Shown: positions 26,701 through 38,700 of the stretch, in pieces
Numbering within the stretch: position 1 is the stretch's first letter
Layout of the letters: the number at the start of each line of letters is the position of its first letter
Source of the DNA: Botryllus schlosseri
Taxonomy: Eukaryota
NCBI GenBank assembly: GCA_051294905.1
Contig: CM119372.1
Coordinates: 34,350,001 to 34,414,000, forward strand
Reading direction: 5' to 3'
Length of the DNA stretch: 64,000 nucleotides
Program-made: the position numbers and the translations under genes
Notes under the pieces: generated by a model
Database searches by the model: none
What the model saw: only the letters and a program-made list of their open reading frames with translations
What the model was told of the DNA's origin: nothing

Positions 26701-29700
26701 CTCTGCAAATTGTTTCGATTTATTCTGCCCGTTTAATTTAAGATAAGGAAGCCCATTTCACTCAATGTATCGATGCCTACGGTACTCTACAACATTTTCT
26801 GATTAATTCTCCCTATGTTAATTTACCATAAGAAACACAATTTTACTCCTAAAGTCCGAAATACTTGTTCGCTTGAGCTAACCCGCAGCGCCTGGAGTGG
26901 AATTTTATAGTTCTTGTAAAAAGTTGTTTGTACACAATATATGTTTAAGGTAGGTCCTACACATTCATGATTTCGTCCGAGTTTGTATTTTAGTAGTATA
27001 TACTAATTTACGATACCGCATTTGTAATTTGTGCAAGAGTTGTATGCGCACAATATATGTTTATCATAAGTCCTACACATTCATGATTTCGTCCTAGCTT
27101 GAGTTTTAGAAAATATTATACCGACATCGCGACATCTTTCAAAAACAAAACCGTGGTCAATGCTTAAGAGACCATTTTCGCTATTTTTCATCGCCATAAG
27201 TCATTCTGGACCGCGAAAACGCTAACAGTTTCAGCTTTAAATAAAATTCGGAATATTAACTAATCGAAAAATTCGGTGACCACCTAATGAGTGCAAGCGC
27301 GAGTTCGCAAGTGGCAAATAAGTCAGATCGCTCGAAATAATAGTCCCGAGTTGCGTAAAGCTAATGTTCTCCCCGTAGCTGAGATCAAGGTTTGCAATTT
27401 CGCCTATGGGAATGAGGTATTAGAAAATACCAATTCGAGAGGTTCTCTACTAGATTAGTGCCTAGCTTTCTCCATCGCCAATACCTGATGCTGTCAGACA
27501 AGTTTATGAAACTGACATCTGTCATCCAGAGCAATGAAAAAAGTACATTCCAAAATTTCTTATCACTAAATTTCTACTAAAGTACAGGAAGTGCAGATCT
27601 CCGACAAGTAAAAAAGTAAGTATTAAAGGTATAGTTTGCCAGATAACTGAAAATAATAAAAAATAAAATTAAAACATTAAAAAGCGCGAAAAATTACATT
27701 TTATCCCGGAACGCAACAAGAAAAATCGTATGACTTTTGTAAAGTAGATAGAAAACTACACTATTCCGATGCACTAAAGACTTTTACACTCCGGATTTTG
27801 TATAGTATATACTAATTTTACATTGCGGGGTATTCAGTAAACTTTAATCCAGTGATCCTCCGTCTATTTTCAATCACGGCCCTCTTATTAGTCTAGGCTT
27901 CGAACCCCACATCCAGTACGTTTTATGGGGATTAATATTTTTAGACTCAAATACTTTTTCAATGTACTAAAGTCTTACAGTACCGATTTTGTAGAGTAGA
28001 TAGAAAACTACCTTTTGAGTCGATAGCGAAGTTCTTGTACATTTTGGAGTACTCAGGTATCGGTTTTGCCTTGGTAGCAATATACTCAATCAAGTGATTA
28101 TCTATTTACAGCGCAACCACTTCTATTTCAAAGTTTTCGGTTTTCAGACAAACTATACCTTCAATACTTACTGATTTACTCGTTCGGAAATCATCACTTC
28201 TTGCACTTTACCAAAAATTTACTGATACTAAAATGTTAAAATGTACTTTTTTCAATGCCCTCGATGAGCAGCGCCAGTTTCAACTATATCCTATCATGCA
28301 TTTCGCGCTGCAGAATGACTTATCGCAACGAAAAATAGCAAAAATACATCGAGAATCTGCAAACTCTCACTGCGAAATAGTTGAGTTGTACGAATTATCC
28401 TTCAAAGTGAGCTTACATATTGGATATTATCAAAACCGTCTCGATAGCGAAATAATTGTACATTTGGAGTACTCAAGTATAGGTTTCGCCTGCTTGCGCT
28501 ATACATAATCAAGTGATTATCTATTTAGACTTCATCTACTTCTATTTCTATTTCAGAGTTTTCAGTTTTCAGACAAATAATACCTTCAATACTTACTTTT
28601 TTACTCGCCCGGAAATCAGCACTTCATGTACTTCAGAAGATATTTACTGGTAATAGAATGTTGAAATGTACTTTTCCATTGGCCTTGATGAGCGGGCCCA
28701 GTTTCATTTATATTCTACAATGCATTTTCGCACTTCAGAATGACTTATCGCAATGAAAAATAGCACAAATACATCGAGAATTTGCGAACTCTCACTATAC
28801 GATAATTGAGTTTTACAAATTACCCTTCAAAGTGAACCTACATGTTGGGTATTATCCAAAACCTCGTAGAATTTCGCTCCGAGCGACAAATCCTTTGAAT
28901 TAAGGTGGAAGTACCTATTTCCGACCAAGTAAAACGTCAGTATTCCAGGTCTATTTCTGCTTAATTCTGAAACTATAATGGATTTGAAGCAGTACAATAT
29001 CATAAACACTTGAGAGTATTTGGTGCATGTAGGCAAAAAACGTACTTGAGTACTCGGAAGAATTCCATACTTACTTGTTTAGCCGCTCGGACATCGTCAC
29101 TTCTTGTACTTTACTAGAAATTTACTGCTGATAAATGAGTAATCGACTTTACCCGACATTCGCTTACTATGAAACTGAAGAATGAATAGACGCGTTTTCA
29201 AACTATAAAATGATATAATCTCTACAAAATGTTTTTGATATCAAGATAACTTTTTTATATGAATGGTCACGTATCCTAATATTCAAATAACCCAACACAG
29301 ACCTAGTACTTACAGGAATATCGTAGTTCTTGCAAAAAAGTTGTATGTGCACAATATATGTAAGGTAAGTCCTACTTATTCATGATTTCGTCCAAGTTTG
29401 TATTTTAGAAAATATTATACAGCAATTTACTTTACTAACGAGAAGTGTCGAGTTATCGAATGATTTTCCCTTGCGTCAAAACAAATAGTATGTGGAACTA
29501 TATTTCTAACGTTCCTAACCCTTTTGCACACCAGTGGTCAATCACACAAGCAACAAGTTTCGAGTATCGAGTTATTGAATAACGTGAAAGTGTTTTTCCA
29601 GTGTCGATTCGTTGTGATGATTAAAGCGTATATTGTAATACCACGAAGTGAGGCTTCGAAACTATATCGTCAGTTCTCCAGGAGCAAATATCGTGTTCTA

Positions 29701-32700
29701 CAAGTGTTAAGTTGTTGTATTATGTAACTAGTAATTGGTGCACTAAGCTCAGGATCGAACTAACTTGTGTTAACTTGCGTTATTATGTACCTAGTAATTG
29801 GTGCGAGTAATCCCGCAACTGCTGCTGTTCAATGCCTTTACCGCGTTCTTACCAAGCACCTAGACAGCTCCAAGCGCAGATAATGTAAGTTTGTATGTAT
29901 GAATGATGGGTCTTATGGTGCTTGATGATAGAAGCTGGTCTTTATTCTATATTCCGAAATAATCAAGTTGGTGGTTTTACCAGCACCTCGCCACATAGAA
30001 ACTTTAGTAGAATCACTTATAACTCTCACGTTCACTCAAGTAAATCTAATTTGATACATCGAGTACTGAAACTTAATTTTCCAGCAGTGTGATAAACGCC
30101 GTCAGATGGTACTCAGCATCGCGCAATTCCGCTCGAATACAAGTAAATGTACAGATTTCAAAGTAAGTAAGTAAGTATGTGACTAACTGGTTATGTTTGT
30201 AGACTATATCTCCACTTCTATCGTTCAGAGATGTTGAGCAGAGAAGTACAAGGGTTTCTTCAAAGTACTCAAGTGGTTTTTTTTGCCTACATGCACCAAC
30301 TACTCAAGTGTTTATGATATAGGCCTGTTTCAAATTCAAGACAGTTTCAGTATTAAACAAAAATGGACCTTGAATACTAACTTTTACAATGTGAAATTTT
30401 ATATGCATAAACGAAGAAACGTCACTTTTACAATGGTTCGGTATGATTTCTATATTATTCCACTCTCGTTATTGGACTGCGGTGTGACGCCGAGCTATAT
30501 CTCGATGCCTAGGCTTCCGCATTTATTTTTTTCGATTTATTCGGCCCTATGTAGATTTAACATAAGAAAGGTTATTTTACTCATAAAATTCGGAATACGT
30601 ATTTGCTCGAGTTAAAGCCATAACACTTGGAGTGAAATTTTACGTGGTTTTCGCTGATATCCAACTGGGCTAATTTCCAAATGTAATTTGAAAAACTCAA
30701 ATATCGCATAGTAGGACTTCCCAAATTTTCAGTACATTTTTGTTAATCTGCAGTGCGAAAATGCATCGTAGGATGTAGATGAAACTGACACCGTTCACCA
30801 AGACCACTAGACCACCGAAAAAAGTACATTTCAACATTTTAGTAGCAGTAAATTCCTAGTAAAGTACAAGAAGTGATGATTTCCGAGTGAGTTAAAAAGT
30901 AAGTATTGAAGGTATAGTTTGCTCGACCACCGAAAACTCTAAAATAGAAGTAGATGCAGTGTAAATAGTTAATATCTTGATTAAGTATAGCGCAAGCAGG
31001 CCGAACCTATACTTGAGTACTCCAAAATGTACAAGTACTTCGCTATGGACACCCTCCACGTAAAACGTGACTAGGTTTTAGACTACTTTATCGGTACTTG
31101 GTAGTTTCAGTTTTAGATAAAATTTGAAAAAAAAAACTAGCTCATTCACCCACTTGGCAATCTCTTCTTTAACCTTCACTTGAGTGCAGCAAGTAAATCT
31201 CATTTATTATTAATTCTACATGTACACTCGACCATATTTTATGACTTACATAATTAATTTTCACTATATTTGAAGTCAAGTCTGTCAAATAGCAGTATAT
31301 GTTACGATGAGCTTATTTTCGTTCTGTTTGATCATTCTGACTAACGATATTCATTAGGCGAGCTCTCCAGTGATAGTCTTAGGACTTGGAACAGTGTTAT
31401 ATGACATCATAGCGATACGAAGTTACGACAGTTTATAATTAGCTACCTTACGAAACCAAATTTCGCCTAAATATACATAATAGAATATCTATCGAATATA
31501 GTCTTGTATAGACATCATAGTTTTACATAAAAATACTTGGTGTCGTTGATTTGCACTTATTTGCGGTATGTTTAATTAATTCATGAGCCTTCAAAATGCA
31601 GTAAGCCGGGCGATGGGTATTCGTTGAGTTAAACATAAAAAAATATTCCCGCGCTCCAGGTTTTAGGGTTAGGAAAAAGTAGGTTTAGGAGAGCGCGGGA
31701 ATATTCTTAAACATGTTTGTTTTAAATTGATTTTTGTTTTAAATGCAACCCGATTCGCAACCCACTTAAAATGAATAATGACTACACAAATACCTTCGAA
31801 TTTCGAAAAACTTAAGTTGTCGTGGTACTGGGGATGTTTGGCCGACTCCTAAGACAATGTCAATCCTTTAGGTAAGTGGTTCCCGATCTTTTTCGACTCA
31901 TCGCATCCCTATCAAGCTCGACACAAATTTCTGCTTCCCCCCTTCCATATTTACGGACCCGTAAACGAGGACATATAAACGGAAAATTTATTCACCTAAC
32001 TCTGATCGCTGCTGAATGAACTAAAAAAGGTCATTTTCCTAGTCGGTGCTCGGGAAACCGGTTTCCGCGTCCAGCTGCCGTTGAGTTGACCTTTTTCAGT
32101 CAACTTTCGCGTCATATGCAGAATAAGCCGTCTTCACATGCGTTTTTCGTTGTGTTAATTAAATATATATCATTGGACGTTCTCACATTTTCGCCCCCTG
32201 TTGCCCGCAGTCGCCCCCTTTGGAATTTTATCCCCCTTGTTTCTCAAAATCGCCCACTGGGGAGCGATATCGCCCACATTGGGAACCACTGATGCAAACA
32301 TACCTACTAGCTACTTATTACGTTAAAAAATCCAGAATGTAACCGGTAAGTATTTTTACAGAAGAAAATGGTAGATATATATAGAAGAGGAGTAGGCTGG
32401 AAAAATCGCCACTTAAGTATGTACTGCATGTAGGTAAAATATACTTTGATACTCAGACAAACTGGAGGTACATCGTTTCTGACCACATCTGAAACTAATC
32501 TACGAGACGAAACTTACTTTTGCTTTGGTCGGGGTGAACTTGGTAATGACAATAGGAAATTTCATAGCGACAAGGCGGATGGTGCAGCATGCCAAGATAT
32601 GATGAGTAGTGCATGTTTCGGTCAGCCCAGTTAGCGAATATGAGAGCTAAAGCGAAAATTATATGTTACAAACGAGAAACACGATGCAATAGCGTCAGGA

Positions 32701-35700
32701 TAGCATGAACTACATTGCTTCATAACAAGAATCAATATCCGCCGCCATGTTTGAATGATTCAGAAACACGATTGTACATTAAAATCTACGACTACTCATG
32801 TCCAAAAACATGCGAAAGAAACATACCAGACGATATATGAGATGAGTATATAGGCTATATAGTCAGCATATACCGCGTTCATAATAAAATCTAACGTTTT
32901 GTTCTCTGTGGGTCCATCGCATAATGAAGAGTCAAAATACTATACCGAAAAAATACATAAATGATAAATAGATACGCTTGATGACCATGGGAAATGCACA
33001 AAAATGCGATCGCTTTTATATGTATACGTTACCGTCTCTTACAATTCATCAAACTTAACGAGATATGCAAGTTTAATGTATAAATTCTATTTATACCTTG
33101 CATATAGCCAATGGTAGATTAAATACGCGCAGCCCATAGGTTTTCCTGTACACCACCACCACGCTATTTACGGATGAGAGAATGTCTCCCGCGCAAAGAC
33201 TCACTAACAAGAAGTTGAATGCAGATCTGTAGAAAAGGGTGAAAATGTTGTACGTTGTCAGCAGGGCTTTGGAGCCTGAGCCGGAACCCGGAGCCGGAGC
33301 CCCGGAGCCGTGCATTTTCACCGGAGCTGGAGTCGGAGCCGGAGCTCTACATAAAATTTATCCGGAGTCGAAGCTGGAGCCCGTTATTTGAGGAGTAGCT
33401 CCGGCTCCGACGTATTTCATAAGATGCTATTATATATGCAACAACCACAACTGCTGATTTGTCATAATTGAACAGCAGGCCTGAATTTTAATGCTGTGCA
33501 CAGCAACGGCATAGATAGAGTAAAGTGCGTTCTAGTGCAACTATGATGTTATCGACAATTGACAAGTATTCATTATGACGTCACAAGCCGGCACGGCGGC
33601 AGCTATATCTTCTTTGCTACATCGGATGTTACTGACGGTTGACAGACTCTAGATCAGTGGTTCCCAACCTTTTTCGGTGGCAGGGCCAAATTTAGAATTT
33701 CAAAGTACGGCCGGGGCCGCACGAATGCCAAGGCAATGTAAGGAACCCAAAATAGTCACCAAAATATGAAAATTGGCATTGTTCCGATCATTCGCTTGAC
33801 GCCATTGGCCATTGTGTTGCCGCGTTCCCGTTGTTCAGAACAATCAACATTTGCTGGCTATTTCGGAGTAGTTTTATTGCCGATTCGTATTTTGGGAATC
33901 AGTGCGACACTTGCTTTCGATGAACACCGACATATCAAATTATTCGGACGCTTGGGTCGCGAGCTATTGGACTACCAATTATGCTGCTTTTTGCCGGCTA
34001 AGCAGTACGCATCTCGGCGTATTCAATCGTGAGTCACTTGTTGCACATCTATCCGTAAATTAGTTATCAATACCCAGGGCCGTAACAGCACTTCGTCAGC
34101 CCCCCCACAAAAAAGTTTCGCTTGGGCCCCCCATAGGGTGATAAACAGAACTTCGAAGCCCCCAGACCCCTCAGGCTAGATGGCTGTTGACCGCTATTTA
34201 TCATCTAAATCGGGTGTCCGTTTTAGGCAGCTTCTCTCGACTAATCGCTCAAAGCGCGAAAAATTTCTATGATTCATGATTGAATCGGTCAATATAATCG
34301 GGAATTGCATATATATATTGGTATCAATTTTTATCCTCTCTCTGCTCTAGGGCTGGGCAAAATCGAGCACCTGAGTGATTCGATTCTGAATCACGTAAAA
34401 TGCTTCGAGTCGAGTCGAGTAATCGAGTATCACTCATTATGACGTCATAGCATAATATTATTTGTCAAAGTTCAAATATGTACCTTTTAAGCGACCACAA
34501 AGAATATAATGCCTGTTATCCATCATATTAAGGATACTTTGTTATTTTTTTCGACCATACCGATTTCATTGCACTTGGTGGCAATGTTGTGGGATGATGA
34601 CGACTTCGGAAATGTGCTATTCCCAGTAACGTTCGTAGCTTTGCACTTCATGTTTCGCATGCTACGATACGGCCAATCAAGGTTTCAAGGCTTCAACAGT
34701 GAAATTAGCATAAACTCGTTGATCGTTGATAAACTCCTCGTTGATAAATCATCTTTCAGTGGTGAGGAGCGTATAATTTCAGTACTCGAAAAAATCGTCT
34801 TTTACTACTCGACTCGAATCATTAAAATTAATACTCGATTCAGATTCGAGTACTCGAATCATTGTGCCCAGCCCTACTCTGCTCACGTAATCAGATTGAC
34901 CGGTTGAGCCGAGTGAGTTGTGTTTGATAAGGTAGGACCACTTAATAATAATTAAACATCTTCGGGCGTATACCCGTTGGCAGGAACGAAACAGCACTTC
35001 GTCAGGCCCCCAAAAAACACTTAGGTCTTGAGCTCCCATATGGTGATAAACCGACCCCCCGTGCCGTTGTTCGCTTCTGCCACGGAATCAGGATCACCGT
35101 TTATTGAGCCAGCGTGGAGCGCGAAAATTTTCGATAATTCAAAATAAAATAGGTCAATAAGATCGGGAATTGCATGCTATCAATTACTTGTCCTCTCTGC
35201 TCACGTAATCAGATTTACCGGTAGAGCTGAGTGAGGTGTCTTGGAAACTGCAGGGCCCGTAAATAATAATTAAGCATATTCGGACGGGTTGGTACGACTT
35301 CGTTACACGATGTTATTTGTTATTTCGTGACCTCCAGTCTGCTATATCAAGAAATATAGAATCGACCAAACATACTAAACTAAAAGATGCACACGATTTC
35401 AAATTGGTAGTTCTTCACTGGCATATAATTCTTCCTGCGGGATGGTAGCCTATTTGTCTCGTGCCTATTTGTCTCTCTTGCCAAGACAGGAACATTCGGC
35501 GCCAGTCATTTAGGCGCCTATGGTCAATTAAACCTATATGTATTTTGAATATACATAACGAAGTTTTCGGTCAGCGTAAGGGCAGTCCTTTTCGGCCAAG
35601 GTTTTCTCGCTGCCGATCGTTCTGGCACACTTCTTGGAGTCGCATGTTACATGGCCTAAAACTTTATATGTCTTCGCGCGTCGTGGCGCGGTATTGGCCA

Positions 35701-38700
35701 ACGCCGATATGCCCACTTCTATAAATCTTGCGTATTTTATCTTGGTCGAAGAGTACCCAATAATTCAGGTACTTGGAAACTTGAAATCGCGCGCAGCTCG
35801 AAAAATCTTTGAAAAAGTTGCATAAAATTTCATAAAATACTCTATAATTTATGTTAATTCACTAAATAATTTTGTGGCCCCTTCGAGTTCGCTCCCCCCA
35901 ATTGGGGGGCTTGGGGTGCGGCAGTTACGGTCCTGTCAATACCTATATCTATATCTATATCTATAGGTACTGCCCGTTCAACCGGAAAGTTAAGGCAAAT
36001 TGCATTGAAACAGCAGTCACGTAATCTTAGCAGTCTACTCACAACTTTCCTGCAATCCTAATGGAAAACTCCGGACTCCAAGCCAAGCAAGAGTATTTTA
36101 TAAATATATTTTTTTTTCATAAATCGATTTCTCAATATTTTTGTGGGGGCCGCAAGAAGGCTAGCTGGGGGCCGCATGCGGCCCTCAGGGCCGCGGTTGG
36201 GAATCACTGCTCTAGATTACTATAGATAACTAACCTATGGGTAGATTAGTAATCTATATAGACCATGAATGGCCGACCTTTTCGGCTAAAGGGGCACATG
36301 CAATTGACGAACGAGTGCGCGGTCTACTAGCCGCGCCAAGCGGGTAAAATTTTCAAAGTTTATAAATATACTAGGCCAATAATATTCTTACTTGAGTATA
36401 TTGCGGGTCTACAGTATACCGCCCGCTAGGCCCAGTTTGCAAGGACACGTCTATTCGGCGTCTGGCCACATCGATATCGAAGGTCTCCGATAATATGCGA
36501 TAATGATTTTGTGCCTACATTTCACCGTCGACGATCTTTATGCGAGGGCAAACGCGAAAAGACTTTCTCCCGTAATCGCTAATACAGTTAGACTCAATCG
36601 GGTAAATTAGGCATTTTTTTTTCATTTTCAGTAGGGGGTAGGCTACCAAGCAAGAAATCGTGTGACAATTAAACACGCGAGGCGTGAAGAAAAAATTCGC
36701 TACTATTTTAGTTTATTGTAATGTACGACGATTTACTGAAAATGTGACTGGACCCAGGATCTGCCAATGCGTTGGAACAGGCATTTTAGTCATCAACATC
36801 CCAAGTGCCGCAGCCAGACTTGTAATTTTTGGTTGGCGTTGCAAGTTCACAATCTGAGCAATTCATTTTTGATATTATAATAGGAAATTACCTCGCGGGC
36901 CACGCAAAGCCCTCTCGCGGGCCACATTTGGCCCGCGGGTTAGCCACCCCTGATATAGACAGGCCCATTCGATAATTTCAGAGCCGGAGCTGGAGCCGGA
37001 GCAATGGTATTAATGCGGCTCCGGAGCAGGAGCCGGAGCTAGTGTATGATAAAAGAAAGCTCCGGAGCCGGAGCTGGAGCAGTTTAAATTTACGGCTGCT
37101 CGAAAGCCCTGGTTGTCAGAAACCACAAACTCAAGATGATAGTGGCACGATACAGGACCATTGCATCAGTGACATTGAAGGCCAATACATCTCAATGAAT
37201 CGGGGTCCATGTCTGACGATCACGTGTGTATGACCCGTAGAGTGCGCATCAATTTGTGGCGTCTACATACAGAACGAATTAACTAGCAAGATGTGATGAC
37301 CATAAAGTCAACTTCGCACAGTATGGGTGAGCCAGCTCTGTAAATTGCTTGCTCTAGAACGGAATCGTTAGACATTTCCAGCAAAAGTAAATCGTGACAT
37401 ACAAAACCTACCCTTTTAAAGCAACGCTGCTGCGAATAACAAGCATGGTTAAGGCGTTCGCTGCAAATCCAAATATCGCCATTAAAACCGTCAAAACGAT
37501 AATTATGATTCCCTCCCATTCCGCGAACGTGCCACTAAACAGTAAGATTGTTCAAATTAATAACACCGTAAACATTTCCATGCTGGCATAATATATTCCG
37601 GATAAGCACCAGAGTAACCAGCGATATATATATGAAAAAACAGTTACTTTGAATACCATAGATTTATTATTATCCGTCAGCACTGTTGTGACATACATTC
37701 ATGCCCGTCGCGTATAGTATAGGACTGGATGAGGGCTTGCAATGAATTTCACAGTGTTGTAATGACTCGAGTCACGACTTCCTAATGACTCGTCTTGACT
37801 CGAGTCATTTCTTCGAATGCGTAAAATGACTCGTCTCGATTCAATTTGTGTACTGACTCGACTTTTACTCGACTCATTGTGTATGACTCCGAACCAAGTC
37901 ATATGACTCGGAACTAGGACGGCCAAGACCGACATTTCATTGTCACTTCGAATAATAGTTAAGTCACCACATTATCGATACTTCGTCTATCATTCCTGAT
38001 ACTCGGAAAATAGGGCCAGAAACTGTTACGACTGAGGAAAATTTCGATATTATGAATGCGAGCCATTATATAGCACTCGAGCAGGGTTAAAAATATTGTA
38101 TTGAAGCGGATTGAACTCAACACTGAACAGTGGACACAATGACTTGGATTCGGAATCGAGTCACAACACTATGAATTGGACTCGACCATCTACACACTGA
38201 CTTGGACTCGAATTTGATTCGGTGGTGAATTGAAAATGACTCGACTTGACCCGAGTCAAAACAATAAAAGTGGATATTTTCTGGTGACTTTGAACCTTGT
38301 GACTTGGTTCAGATCCTGGGATTTCAATTAGTCGGAATATGCTCTGCATAACACAACATATAACTGTCTAATTTATGGTTTCCTAATCTAGGATCCATGG
38401 ATTCCTTGGTATCCAAGGACTAGTTCCAATAAAGTCCGATGTTGAATCAACTACTTCAAAACTACATAATCCTTATTACCAAGATCTGTCCTTGTTTTGT
38501 TTTATTTTTAGTCCTTAGCACTGGTTACAATAGCGACATGGTCGCTAGGAACACTTATGACCAGCTGGCCATGAGGTCTTGATTGGGACGCGAAAGCTAT
38601 GACGGCCTTTGTATTACACATAAGCTCCCCAAATGTCTCGGTTAGGAATCCACCCAGCCATCCAAATTATCTAGAGCTCCGTGGATCCGTCCTTTCTAGT

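Larger units (their letters stand above)
20896..31753. mobile_element. hAT MITE (family of 46327-46770) split apart by about 10 kb of nested insertions
   Basis: Left end taaggctgcatttaaaacaaacgg and right end ttttaaatgcaacccga match the two ends of 46327-46770; both are flanked by TTCGCAAC. Confidence 0.75.
33655..36209. mobile_element. hAT MITE, nesting level 2
   Basis: TIR CAGTGGTTCCCAACC / GGTTGGGAATCACTG; perfect TSD CTCTAGAT. Confidence 0.92.
33262..37111. mobile_element. hAT MITE with GGAGC(C/T) arrays; outer shell of the nested stack in GPCR intron 2
   Basis: TIR CAGGGCTTTGGAGC / GCTCGAAAGCCCTG; perfect TSD GTTGTCAG. Confidence 0.9.
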
